A DNA stretch of 64,000 bases from an uncultured Bacilli bacterium. Its GTDB lineage: Bacteria > Bacillota_I > Bacilli_A > RF39 > UBA660. Under the pieces are notes generated by a model. That model saw only the letters and a program-made list of their open reading frames with translations. It had not been told where the DNA came from and did not search any database. Below, piece after piece: positions 20,269 to 29,874 of the stretch (position 1 is its first letter; each line of letters begins with the position of its first letter). The position numbers and the translations under genes are program-made. The stretch is taken from contig CAKONC010000001.1 in assembly GCA_934096985.1 (NCBI GenBank), forward strand, positions 494 through 64,493, in the 5' to 3' direction.

Positions 20269-20745
20269 ATGAGAAATTCATTAGTTATAAAATTAGTAAT
20301 AATATTTGTTTCATGTATAGCTGCAATAATACTTGCATCATATGTTGTAAAGCTTGCTAGAAACAGTAATTCTTTAACGTATAATTTAGGTAAAAATGTT
20401 GTTGAATATGAGGACACTTATATTAAAAGTTATGATGATTATTTAGCATTGGTAAAAAAATATAATATAAAAAAAGACTTAACTTCTACAAATTTTTCAT
20501 CACATTACTTCATTGCTTCATTTCAAGATTATGATTCATGCTCAGAGAAAAAATTTAAATTAGTAAAATCTGTAAAAAAAGAAAATGGAGAATATAATAT
20601 TAATTTCGAAGTGTATAATAAATGTGGTTGGTGTAAAAAAAATATTGTATTATATTTAATTGAAGTCGATAAATTTAATTCTGATGATCCAAAAATAAAT
20701 TATAATTATACATTTGTAAATGATTTAAATTGCGGGAATGTTTAA
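20269..20745 (+). CDS. hypothetical membrane-anchored protein
   Basis: N-terminal TM helix; AGGTGA RBS. Confidence 0.4.
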   Translation: MRNSLVIKLVIIFVSCIAAIILASYVVKLARNSNSLTYNLGKNVVEYEDTYIKSYDDYLALVKKYNIKKDLTSTNFSSHYFIASFQDYDSCSEKKFKLVKSVKKENGEYNINFEVYNKCGWCKKNIVLYLIEVDKFNSDDPKINYNYTFVNDLNCGNV

Positions 20746-20833
20746 CGCATCCCTTGTGTAAGTTTACAAATAATGATAGTATAGATTTGTAAATGTTATT
20801 ATTCATGTAAAAACATAAAAGAAAGGAAATAAA

Positions 20834-21154
20834 ATGAATTCACAAATAGCAAATGAATTAATAAAGGGAATTAGTGTTTTATCTGATTTAAAAGGTAGCA
20901 ATGATAGTCAGGCTTTAGATTATGTAATAACAATTATGAAAAGTGAGCTTAAAGATATGGCTCCGAGTGCAGACTATGTAAATGATAATTATTTTTATAA
21001 TTTGAATAGAACTAGAGTTATGGTAATGCTTTTACTTGATGTATATAGGCAAAAAAATGATCTTGAATTTAATAAAAATCTAAATGAAGTTTTAGACATT
21101 TTAAATATGGAAATTGAAAAAGAAAAGAAAAAGCAAGACAATATTGGAAGATAA
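20834..21154 (+). CDS. hypothetical protein
   Basis: 106-aa ORF with AAGGAAA RBS. Confidence 0.4.
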   Translation: MNSQIANELIKGISVLSDLKGSNDSQALDYVITIMKSELKDMAPSADYVNDNYFYNLNRTRVMVMLLLDVYRQKNDLEFNKNLNEVLDILNMEIEKEKKKQDNIGR

Positions 21155-21163
21155 GGTGATTTT

Positions 21164-21931
21164 ATGAAAAATATTGCAATTGTTACTGGAGCATCGTCTG
21201 GCATTGGAAAAAAATTTGCTACAACTGTAACAGATAATGTCAAAGTTGATGAAATTTGGGTTATTGCACGTAGCTATGAGAATCTTGAAAAATTATCAAT
21301 TGAAATTGATACTACAATAAGACCGATTGCACTTGATTTAAGCAATGAAAAAAGTTACGAAAAATTCAAAAAAATTTTAGAAGATGAAAAGCCAAATGTT
21401 AAATTACTTATAAATGCTTCAGGATACGGAAAGTTTGAAAAGAGCACTAAAATTAGTCTTGATGATTCAATAGGAATGATAAAACTAAATGATATTGGTC
21501 TTACTGCTATGTGCTTAATGGTAATTCCGTATATGAAAAAAGACTCAAATATTATTAACATTGCTTCAGTAGCAGCATTTCAACCAGTTCCATATATAAA
21601 CATTTATTCTGCTACTAAGGCTTATGTTCTATCATTTTCACGCAGTTTAAATGCCGAATTAAAAAATGATGAAATTCATGTTATGGCAGTATGTCCATTC
21701 TGGACAAAAACAAAATTTTTCGATAGAGCAGTATCAAAAAATGAAGTTATAAAAAAATATGTTGTAATGTATGAACCAGATGATATTGTTAGAACTGCAT
21801 GGTTAGATTTAAAAAAGAAAAAAGATATTAGTATTTATGGATTTGTTGCTAAATCACAAAGAATACTTAGTAAATTATTACCAAATAAATTAATTGCAAG
21901 TATTTGGTTAAATCAACAAAAATTAAAATAA
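21164..21931 (+). CDS. short-chain dehydrogenase/reductase
   Basis: TGASSGIG cofactor motif and YSATK catalytic motif. Confidence 0.75.
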   Translation: MKNIAIVTGASSGIGKKFATTVTDNVKVDEIWVIARSYENLEKLSIEIDTTIRPIALDLSNEKSYEKFKKILEDEKPNVKLLINASGYGKFEKSTKISLDDSIGMIKLNDIGLTAMCLMVIPYMKKDSNIINIASVAAFQPVPYINIYSATKAYVLSFSRSLNAELKNDEIHVMAVCPFWTKTKFFDRAVSKNEVIKKYVVMYEPDDIVRTAWLDLKKKKDISIYGFVAKSQRILSKLLPNKLIASIWLNQQKLK

Positions 21932-21945
21932 TATGGAGGTAATTT

Positions 21946-22713
21946 ATGGAAGGTTTGTTAATTATTTTAGGAATTATTGTTGTTATTAATTTAGCTTCAT
22001 TAAAACAAATTAATGAATATGAAAGGGGAGTAAAATTTACAGCGGGAAGATTTACAAAAATTATGCAACCAGGATGGAGAGTAGTACTACCAATTTTTCA
22101 AAGTTATAAAAAAGTAGATATTAGAACAAAAGTAGATGATGTTCCAGAACAAGAAGCTATTACTAAAGATAATGTTTCTGTTAAAATAAATGCCGTTATA
22201 TATTATAAAGTTTTTGATGCATCTTTAGCAGTTTTAGAAGTTGAAGACTTTTATTACGCAACAGCACAACTTGCTCAAACAACTATGAGAAATATCGTTG
22301 GTAGTGTAACTTTGGATGAACTTTTATGTGAAAGAGAAAAAGTTAGTGAAAAAATAAAAGAAATAATTGATAAAGAAACTGATCCTTGGGGAATTAAAGT
22401 TGAAAATGTTGAGCTTAAAGACATATCTTTAACAGATGAAATGAAAAGGGTTATTGCAAGAGCTGCAGAAGCTGAAAGAGAAAAACAAGCTGTTATAACA
22501 AAATCAATAGGTGAAGCTCAAGCTGCTGAAAACTTAGCAAAAGCCGCTAAAATGTTAGCAGAAAGTCCAGGAGCACTTCATTTAAGAACTCTTGAAACAA
22601 TTAATGATGTTTCTTCAGATCAATCAAATACAATTTTCTTTCCAATACCAATGGAATTACTTGAGGCTGTAAAAGGGTATGCTGATAAAACAAAACAAGA
22701 AAATAAAAAATAG
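21946..22713 (+). CDS. SPFH/band-7 (stomatin/prohibitin-like) membrane protein
   Basis: N-terminal TM plus band-7 core (EQEAITKDNVSVKINAVIYYKV...) and an Ala/Glu-rich C-terminal helix. Confidence 0.75.
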   Translation: MEGLLIILGIIVVINLASLKQINEYERGVKFTAGRFTKIMQPGWRVVLPIFQSYKKVDIRTKVDDVPEQEAITKDNVSVKINAVIYYKVFDASLAVLEVEDFYYATAQLAQTTMRNIVGSVTLDELLCEREKVSEKIKEIIDKETDPWGIKVENVELKDISLTDEMKRVIARAAEAEREKQAVITKSIGEAQAAENLAKAAKMLAESPGALHLRTLETINDVSSDQSNTIFFPIPMELLEAVKGYADKTKQENKK

Positions 22714-22727
22714 TTAATTTATAAATT

Positions 22728-23642
22728 TTAACTATTTTTTTTGCCTTGATAAGTATTTCTCTTAACCATTTCTTTATCAATATCATTAAGTAAGCAAAAC
22801 TTTTTTATTAACCATTTTGGTTCTATTAAATCTTCTTTAATAGGATCACCAGTAATTCTTTCAATTACAGTAGTGTCCTTTAATAATTCAAGCTGTGATA
22901 TAACAATATCAATATATTCTTCTTTTATTAATATGTGAAAATTTTGTTTTTCATACATACTTGCAAGTTTAGTATCTTTTAAAATATGTAACATATGAAT
23001 TTTTACTGCGTCTATATCTAAACTATTTAAAAATCTTATGGTATTTAGCATATCTTCCTTAGTTTCATACGGAAGACCATTTATTATATGTGCTACAACA
23101 AAAATACCAAGTTCATGAAGTTTTTTAACCATTATTTCAAAATTTTTACTATCGTGTCCTCTGTTAATTAATTTTAATGTACTATCATTACTACTTTGAA
23201 GTCCGAGTTCAATTGTTAAAAAAGTCCTTTTATTAAGCTTTTCAAAATAGTTTAAATATTCATCAGAAATAACATCACTTCTTGTAGCAATAGATAAACC
23301 TATAACATTTTCTTTCTTTAAAAGAGACTCAACATTATTTTTAAATTCATTTATGTTTATAAAAGTATTGCTTCCTGTTTGAAAGTAAATAATATGTTTG
23401 GCATTTGGCCATTTTTTATTTAATAATAAAACTTCCTGTTCATATTGTTTATCAAGTGAAAGTGAACTATCTGTTATATTAGATTTACTACTATTTTTAC
23501 AAAATATACATCCACCATTTTTAATATTTGGACAGCTTGCATGAGCATCAAGTGGTACTTTAAAAACTTTACATCCAAATTTGTTTTTTAAAAAGTAGTT
23601 AAATGTATGATATCTTTTGTTATCCAAAGTGTATTTAAACAT
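22728..23642 (-). CDS. radical SAM protein, TIGR01212/YhcC-like
   Basis: CPNIKNGGCIFC cluster motif near the N-terminus; ~300 aa. Confidence 0.65.
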   Translation of the reverse strand: MFKYTLDNKRYHTFNYFLKNKFGCKVFKVPLDAHASCPNIKNGGCIFCKNSSKSNITDSSLSLDKQYEQEVLLLNKKWPNAKHIIYFQTGSNTFININEFKNNVESLLKKENVIGLSIATRSDVISDEYLNYFEKLNKRTFLTIELGLQSSNDSTLKLINRGHDSKNFEIMVKKLHELGIFVVAHIINGLPYETKEDMLNTIRFLNSLDIDAVKIHMLHILKDTKLASMYEKQNFHILIKEEYIDIVISQLELLKDTTVIERITGDPIKEDLIEPKWLIKKFCLLNDIDKEMVKRNTYQGKKNS

Positions 23643-23717
23643 ATTTTCTCACCTATAAATATTTTATCAAAAAATCTTGTATAAAAAAATAAAATAGTGT
23701 ATACTATTAATAGATTT

Positions 23718-23793
23718 GCTGGAGTAGCTCAGTTGGTAGAGCAATGCACTCGTAACGCATAGGTCATAAGTTCGATCCTTGTCTCCAGCACCA
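23718..23793 (+). tRNA. tRNA-Thr(CGT), CCA encoded
   Basis: Acceptor GCTGGAG/CTCCAGC, anticodon loop CTCGTAA, T-loop TTCGATC. Confidence 0.85.
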
Positions 23794-23802
23794 GTAAAAA
23801 TT

Positions 23803-23833
23803 AAACTTGAAATTAATTATTTCGAGTTTTTTA
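23803..23833 (+). terminator. rho-independent terminator
   Basis: 11-bp stem AAACTTGAAAT/ATTTCGAGTTT plus T-run. Confidence 0.55.
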
Positions 23834-23905
23834 TTTGTTTAATAATAATCTTCACAATAAAATTATGTCATGGTATAATTATTTTGCAAAAAGGAGACTT
23901 TGATT

Positions 23906-24562
23906 ATGTTAGTTTATGGGAAAAATATTCTATACGAAGTAGATAAAAAGAAAATTAAAAAAGCATATATTTCAAGAAATGATTATATAGGGTATCTAAA
24001 GGAAAATAATATCAAATATGAAATGGTTGATAAATCTAGACTTGATAAAATGGTTAAAGGTGTTCATCAGGGTTTAGTGTTAGATATTTTTGATTATAAC
24101 TATTATAAAATGGACGATTTAGAAGGCAATTTTGTTGTAATTTTAGATCATCTTACAGATCCTCACAATTTTGGTGCTATAATTAGAACATGTGAAAGTA
24201 AGGGTATTAAATCAATAATTATTCCTAAGGACAGAAGTGTTTTAGTAAATGATACAGTTTACAAAACTAGTGAGGGAGCTATTGATAATGTAAAAATAAT
24301 AATGGTTACTAATATAATTAATGCTATTAATAAGTTAAAAGAAATGAATTATTTTGTATATTGTGCAGATATGGATGGACAAGATTATAGAAACGTTGAT
24401 TATGCTCCAAAAAAAGTTTTAATTATTGGTAATGAAGGAATGGGTATAAGTTCTGCAGTGAAGAAAAATAGTGATGTTGTAGTAGCAATTCCAATGAAAG
24501 GAAAAATAAATAGTCTAAATGCATCAGTAAGCGCTGGCATTATTATTTATAGAATGGATTAA
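23906..24562 (+). CDS. rlmB: TrmH/SpoU-family 23S rRNA 2'-O-methyltransferase
   Basis: LDHLTDPHNFGAIIRT, IGNEGMGIS, SLNASVSAGI SPOUT motifs. Upstream of the sigH-like gene as in Bacillus. Confidence 0.7.
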   Translation: MLVYGKNILYEVDKKKIKKAYISRNDYIGYLKENNIKYEMVDKSRLDKMVKGVHQGLVLDIFDYNYYKMDDLEGNFVVILDHLTDPHNFGAIIRTCESKGIKSIIIPKDRSVLVNDTVYKTSEGAIDNVKIIMVTNIINAINKLKEMNYFVYCADMDGQDYRNVDYAPKKVLIIGNEGMGISSAVKKNSDVVVAIPMKGKINSLNASVSAGIIIYRMD

Positions 24563-24563
24563 T

Positions 24564-25190
24564 ATGAATTATAGTGAAATTGATGAGCAAGAATTAATTT
24601 CTTTATTATCAGAAAATGATGAACATATTCGTAATATTGTTTATGAGAAATATTCTTATTTAGTAGATATACTTATTAGAAAATATCAACCGGCAATAAG
24701 ATATTTCAAAATAAGCAATGAGGATATTCGTTGTGAAGCATTATATGGATTTAGTGATGGTATAAATTCATTTTCAAATGAAAAATCAACATCATTAAAA
24801 ACGTTTTTGTATATATGTATAGAAAGACGTTTATTAAAATATATTAGAAAGTTTATGTCTGAAAAAATTCAACTACTAAATGAATCTTTATCTTTAGAAT
24901 ATTCATCAGATACTGATAAAGCTTCTTTAGCAGAACTTCTTGGGGACGACAACAAATTTAATCCACTAAATAATATAGTGGATGAAGAAACATATAAAGA
25001 AGTATATGCTTTAGCAAAGAATAATTTATCAAACTTTGAGTATACGGTGTTTAATTATATGGTTAATAGTTTTTCATATAATGAAATAGCCACTATTCTT
25101 GGAAAAACTCCAAAACAAATTGATAATGCTATGCAAAGAATAAAGACTAAGATGAAAGATTTAATGGAAAAAGAGGGAATAATACAATAA
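24564..25190 (+). CDS. sigH: sigma-70 family sigma factor, SigH-like
   Basis: Regions 2 and 4 recognisable (YNEIATILGKTPKQIDNAMQRIKTK). Conserved position after rlmB. Confidence 0.6.
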   Translation: MNYSEIDEQELISLLSENDEHIRNIVYEKYSYLVDILIRKYQPAIRYFKISNEDIRCEALYGFSDGINSFSNEKSTSLKTFLYICIERRLLKYIRKFMSEKIQLLNESLSLEYSSDTDKASLAELLGDDNKFNPLNNIVDEETYKEVYALAKNNLSNFEYTVFNYMVNSFSYNEIATILGKTPKQIDNAMQRIKTKMKDLMEKEGIIQ

Positions 25191-25215
25191 CTACTTGCAA
25201 AGTAGTTATTTTTTT
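25189..25215 (+). terminator. rho-independent terminator
   Basis: AACTACT-TGCAA-AGTAGTT plus T-run. Confidence 0.55.
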
Positions 25216-25236
25216 GATATTCTATTTATGTCTTAT

Positions 25237-25313
25237 GGCGGAATTGGTGAAGTGGTTAACACGGTAGATTGTGGCTCTATTATGCAAGGGTTCGACTCCC
25301 TTATTTCGCCCCA
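25237..25313 (+). tRNA. tRNA-His(GTG) with encoded G-1 and CCA
   Basis: G-1 opposite C73, acceptor GCGGAAT/ATTTCGC, anticodon loop TTGTGGC, T-loop TTCGACT. Confidence 0.85.
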
Positions 25314-25323
25314 TAGATAATAT

Positions 25324-25349
25324 AAACTCTCTTTTTAGAGAGTTTTTTT
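25324..25349 (+). terminator. rho-independent terminator
   Basis: AAACTCTC-loop-GAGAGTTT plus T-run. Confidence 0.55.
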
Positions 25350-25433
25350 CAACTAAAAATTTAGCTAATTCAACTACTAGTTTATTGTCATAAAGGCAAT
25401 ATAAAAGTATAATTTTCTTTGAAGAGGTGAATT

Positions 25434-26552
25434 ATGATTTATTTAGATTATGCAGCTAATACTCCTGTTGATAAAAGAGTTTTAGATAAATATAATGAAG
25501 TTACATTAAAGTACTTTGGTAATCCAAATAGTTTGCATGATTACGGAATAGAAGCCAAAAAAGAAATAGAAAAATCAAGTGATGTTATAGCAAAATATTT
25601 TAATACAGAGAGTAAAAATATTATTTATACAAGTGGTTCAAGTGAATCAAATAATTTAGTTATAAAGGGAATTGCAGATAGATATCAATCTAGAGGGAAA
25701 CATATAATTATATCTGAAGTTGAACATTCATCAATTATAGCCCCATGTAATTATCTTTCTACAAAAGGATTTGACATAACAGTTATTTCTTTAGATAAAA
25801 ATGGAAAACTTAATTTAGAACAATTAAAAAATTCGTTAAGAGATGATACTATTTTAGTTAGTGTTTGTACTGTCGATTCGGAACTTGGTACAATTCAGCC
25901 AATAAAGGAAATTGCAAAGATTGTTAAAGAAAATTCTAATGCGTATTTTCATACTGATGCTACTCAAGCAATAGGAAAGATTACTATGGACTATACTGGC
26001 ATAGATTTTTTAACATTTGCTCCACATAAATTTTCAGGTATTAATGGCGTTGGCGTATTGATTAATTTTAATGATGTAAAAATTACTCCTTTAATTCATG
26101 GTGGGAAATCAACTACAATTTATAGGAGTGGTACACCAGTTACCGCTAATGCGGTTTCTACTGCTTTGGCACTAGAACTTGCAACAAAAGACTTAGATAA
26201 AAAAATTGAGTATTTACTAGGTTTAAAGAATTATTTAATTGAAAATTTGATTAGTATTAATGATGTAAGCATTAATAGCCCTAAGAATTCAATTCCAAGT
26301 ACCATAAACTTTAGTATAAAAAATGCTAAAAATATAGTTAATAAACTTTATAAAAAGGGTGTTTATGTTTCAATGCAATCAGCATGTTCACTTGGAACAA
26401 GTCCATCAAAGTCAGTATATGCCATCACTCAAAGTGATGATAAGGCAAATAATTCTATAAGAGTTAGTATAACGGATAAAACGACTAAAGAAGAGATAAC
26501 TGAATTTATTAAAATATTAAAGGAGATTATTAATGAAGATAATAATTATTAA
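25434..26552 (+). CDS. cysteine desulfurase (class V aminotransferase, NifS/IscS-like)
   Basis: MIYLDYAANTP start, PLP-lysine context FAPHKFSG, C-terminal SACS active-site Cys region. Confidence 0.75.
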   Translation: MIYLDYAANTPVDKRVLDKYNEVTLKYFGNPNSLHDYGIEAKKEIEKSSDVIAKYFNTESKNIIYTSGSSESNNLVIKGIADRYQSRGKHIIISEVEHSSIIAPCNYLSTKGFDITVISLDKNGKLNLEQLKNSLRDDTILVSVCTVDSELGTIQPIKEIAKIVKENSNAYFHTDATQAIGKITMDYTGIDFLTFAPHKFSGINGVGVLINFNDVKITPLIHGGKSTTIYRSGTPVTANAVSTALALELATKDLDKKIEYLLGLKNYLIENLISINDVSINSPKNSIPSTINFSIKNAKNIVNKLYKKGVYVSMQSACSLGTSPSKSVYAITQSDDKANNSIRVSITDKTTKEEITEFIKILKEIINEDNNY

Positions 26553-26793
26553 TGCAATGTGGTGTCCAGGATGTTTAGTATCCAAAAGTATATGGAATGA
26601 AATAAAAAAAATGTATCCAAATATTGAGTATATTAATTATGATTATGATTTAGATGAAGATGAGGTTTCAAAATATAATGTTGGAAATATTGTTCCAGTT
26701 GTTATAATTGAAAAAAATAATGTTGAGATTAAAAGAATAATTGGAGAAAAAAGTAAAAAAGAAATTTTAATTGAATTAGGAGAAGTGTTATGA
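26533..26793 (+). CDS. thioredoxin/glutaredoxin-like small protein
   Basis: WCPGC redox motif; 86 aa. Confidence 0.6.
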   Translation: MKIIIINAMWCPGCLVSKSIWNEIKKMYPNIEYINYDYDLDEDEVSKYNVGNIVPVVIIEKNNVEIKRIIGEKSKKEILIELGEVL

Positions 26794-27965
26794 AAAACAA
26801 ATTAAAACTTTTACTATTATTGCTGGTTTTAATACCATTTAATATTTTTGCTATCAGTAAAGATTATAAAGATGTTGTTTATAATATAACTAAAGAAAAA
26901 GTGGATAAAGAGAAAATTAACTTATACTTTTTTAGAATGGATGGATGTCCCCATTGTGCTGAAGAAGAAAAGTGGCTTGAAAATATAAAAGATAAATATG
27001 GTGACTACTTAAATATATATGATTATGAAATTAAAAATAGTAATAAAAATAGAGAATATTATTATAACGTTAAGAAAGTATTAAATGATGAAATTACAAA
27101 AAGCGTTCCATATACAGTTATTGGTGAAACTTATTTTGTAGGATTTTCTGAAACTGTTAGTGAACAGATTGAAAATAAAATAAAAGAGTTAATTGATGAA
27201 AATGTCAAAAGTAGTAATGATGTTAAAATTCCTTTATTAGGAAAAGTTAACATGAAAAAAGTTTCTATCCCGTTAGTTGCCACTATTTTAGGAGCAGTGG
27301 ATGGTTTTAATCCATGTGCTATGTGGATACTTTTATTACTTATAAATATGTGTATTTCCATTAAAGACAAGAAAAAAATGAAAGTTGTTGGATTTACATT
27401 TGTATTATCATCCGGATTAGTTTATTTTCTTTCAATGTTAGGGATCGGAGTAATATTGGATTTTACAACCGTTATATACATAAGAAATATTATTGCTATT
27501 TTAGCTATTATTTTAGGAATATATAACTTATATGTTTATATTAAAACACGTAAAGACACTGGTTGTCATGTAATGAAAAAAGAAAAAAGAAAAACAGTTA
27601 TTACTAAAATAAATAAAATTTTATCTAATAAAAGTTTTATATTGATGATACTAGGAACAGTACTTTTATCTGTTTCAGTTAACTTAGTTGAACTTGCATG
27701 TTCACTTGGATTTCCAACAATATTTTTAGAAATTTTATCATTAAATAAGATTCATGGTTTTGGTAAAATTATATATTTATTAATATATATATTTTTTTAT
27801 ATAATTGATGATTTAATAATTCTTATTTTGTCACTTAAAGCATTTGAAACCAAAGGAATAAGTACAAAGTATAATAAATATGTTAATTTGATAGGCGGAA
27901 TACTACTTTTACTTATGGGAATATTACTTATTTTTAAACCAGATTGGGTAATGCTTAATTTTTAA
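26790..27965 (+). CDS. secreted thioredoxin-fold domain fused to DsbD/CcdA-like membrane domain
   Basis: Signal peptide, CPHC motif, then a polytopic region with GFNPCAMW. Confidence 0.55.
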   Translation: MKNKLKLLLLLLVLIPFNIFAISKDYKDVVYNITKEKVDKEKINLYFFRMDGCPHCAEEEKWLENIKDKYGDYLNIYDYEIKNSNKNREYYYNVKKVLNDEITKSVPYTVIGETYFVGFSETVSEQIENKIKELIDENVKSSNDVKIPLLGKVNMKKVSIPLVATILGAVDGFNPCAMWILLLLINMCISIKDKKKMKVVGFTFVLSSGLVYFLSMLGIGVILDFTTVIYIRNIIAILAIILGIYNLYVYIKTRKDTGCHVMKKEKRKTVITKINKILSNKSFILMILGTVLLSVSVNLVELACSLGFPTIFLEILSLNKIHGFGKIIYLLIYIFFYIIDDLIILILSLKAFETKGISTKYNKYVNLIGGILLLLMGILLIFKPDWVMLNF

Positions 27966-28079
27966 AGAAGTTCAACACTTCTTTTTATTTGTAATTTATT
28001 TTATTGTATTTTTATACTATAATATATGTAACTGGCACATACATTTTTCATGTGTTGTAAATAATAATAAGGAATCTAT

Positions 28080-28568
28080 ATGAAATATGATAAAGAGTTT
28101 TTAAGTATTATTAATCCAATTATTATAAATGATGAATTTTTAAAAAGAAAAAAGTTTCATCATCATGAAAATGAATCAGTTTATGATCATAGTATGGCTG
28201 TATCATACTTAGCTTATAAATATGCAAAAAAACACAAACTTGATTATAAAAGTGTTGCAATTGGAGGTTTACTTCATGATTTCTATTATAAAGATTGGCA
28301 GATAAATAAAGAACATAAAAGTTTTTTCAAAATGCATGGCTTTGTTCATGCACGTGAAGCTTTAGAGAATTCAAAAAAACATTTTCCACAGTTAATGAAT
28401 GCTAAAGTTGAGGATATAATTGTTAAACATATGTTTCCACTTAATATAAAACTTCCTAAATATAAAGAAAGTTGGGTTGTAAGTTTAATGGATAAAAAAT
28501 GTTCCTTAAAAGTATTAAGACATCCCAAAAGCTATTTAAAGTATTTAGGAATTAGGAAGAAAGGTTAG
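28080..28568 (+). CDS. HD-domain phosphohydrolase
   Basis: H...HD signature (VYDHSMAV...GGLLHDFYY). Confidence 0.6.
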   Translation: MKYDKEFLSIINPIIINDEFLKRKKFHHHENESVYDHSMAVSYLAYKYAKKHKLDYKSVAIGGLLHDFYYKDWQINKEHKSFFKMHGFVHAREALENSKKHFPQLMNAKVEDIIVKHMFPLNIKLPKYKESWVVSLMDKKCSLKVLRHPKSYLKYLGIRKKG

Positions 28569-28570
28569 TT

Positions 28571-29332
28571 ATGAAAATAAAAATATATTTTATACTATTT
28601 ATGCTTTATTCAATCTTCGGTTGGATTTGTGAAGAAATTGTTACTTATGATCCAAAGAAAGGTTTTATTAATAGAGGTTTCTTATTAGGACCATATTGTC
28701 CAATATATGGATATTCCGCAATATTTATGACTCTTTTATTAAATAAATTTTCTAATGAGTTAGTCATTTTTTCTTTAGCACTTATTATATGCTCAACAGT
28801 GGAATATTTATCTAGTTATGTAATGGAAAAACTATTTAATGCTAGATGGTGGGATTATTCAAAAAAACCTTTTAATATAAATGGCAGAGTATGTCTTAAA
28901 AATGCATTATGTTTTGGAGTTATGGGGTTGATTTTAATTAAGATTGTAGATCCTTATTTAAGGACTATGATACTTAGATTTTCACCCTCTAAAATTAATT
29001 TAGCATTTTATGTAATGTTAATAACATTTATTTTAGATAATGTGCTTTCTTATATGTTGATATTTAAAATTAAAGCAGAGAATACTTTTAAAAAACGTGA
29101 TAATACAAGAGAAATATCTCAAAAAGGTAAAGAAATATTGAGTAAGTCTTTATTGGGTAATAAATTTGTTATAATTTTCCCAGAAAAAATTAAAGAAGGA
29201 AAAGAAAAAATAAAAAGAGAAAGAGAAAAAATCAAAAAGAAACAAGAAAAATTTAAAAATGAAATAAAAAAAGAAAAAGAAAAACTAAAGGATAGCATTA
29301 AAAATGAAAGAAGTAAAAAGCACAAAAAATAA
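28571..29332 (+). CDS. polytopic membrane protein (DUF1113/'ABC-transporter type IV'-like) with Lys/Glu-rich tail
   Basis: GWICEE...NRGFLLGPYCPIYG...ARWWDYSKKPFNINGRVCL; C-terminal KEKxK low-complexity tail. Confidence 0.5.
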   Translation: MKIKIYFILFMLYSIFGWICEEIVTYDPKKGFINRGFLLGPYCPIYGYSAIFMTLLLNKFSNELVIFSLALIICSTVEYLSSYVMEKLFNARWWDYSKKPFNINGRVCLKNALCFGVMGLILIKIVDPYLRTMILRFSPSKINLAFYVMLITFILDNVLSYMLIFKIKAENTFKKRDNTREISQKGKEILSKSLLGNKFVIIFPEKIKEGKEKIKREREKIKKKQEKFKNEIKKEKEKLKDSIKNERSKKHKK

Positions 29333-29858
29333 ATTATTTATATATGTAATGTTATTTTTTGTATTAGCATTTATAGGATGGTGTTTCGAGGTATTAAATG
29401 AAATAAGAAAGGGACATGGTTTTATTAATAGAGGTGTTTTACATGGGCCTTGGCTTCCAATTTATGGTTGTGGAGGATTATTAATTTACTTGCTTTTAAA
29501 AAAGTATAGAGATAAACCGGTTATTGTATTTGTTTTTTCATTTTTAATTAGCGCTACAGTAGAATATTTAACATCATTTTATCTTGAATTAACAAAAGGC
29601 ATGGTATGGTGGGATTATTCAAAAAAACCATTTAACATAAATGGCAGAATATGTCTTGGTTATACATTAGTTTTTGCTATATTTGCAACACTTCTTTATT
29701 ATTTTGTAATTCCTAAAATACTGGAGTTATTAAAGAAAATAAATTACAAATATCTTTCTATATTTAGTATCATATTACTTTGCTTATATTTAACTGATAA
29801 TATTTATTCGATTAAAAATCCTAATATCGTAAGAGGGGCACACATAGTAAAAAAGTAG
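29304..29858 (+). CDS. paralogous polytopic membrane protein (same family)
   Basis: GWCFEV...NRGVLHGPWLPIYG...VWWDYSKKPFNINGRICL; tandem paralogue of the previous gene. Confidence 0.5.
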   Translation: MKEVKSTKNKLFIYVMLFFVLAFIGWCFEVLNEIRKGHGFINRGVLHGPWLPIYGCGGLLIYLLLKKYRDKPVIVFVFSFLISATVEYLTSFYLELTKGMVWWDYSKKPFNINGRICLGYTLVFAIFATLLYYFVIPKILELLKKINYKYLSIFSIILLCLYLTDNIYSIKNPNIVRGAHIVKK

Positions 29859-29874
29859 AAAATTTTATGGTTTT

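Noticed and set aside
29150-29330. AAAGAAAAA-type nucleotide repeats (and similar ones at 34858-34945) as a repeat element or mobile DNA.
   Set aside because: At 29150-29330 they are simply a Lys/Glu-rich low-complexity protein tail in frame. The 34.9-kb repeats are kept only as possible origin iterons.
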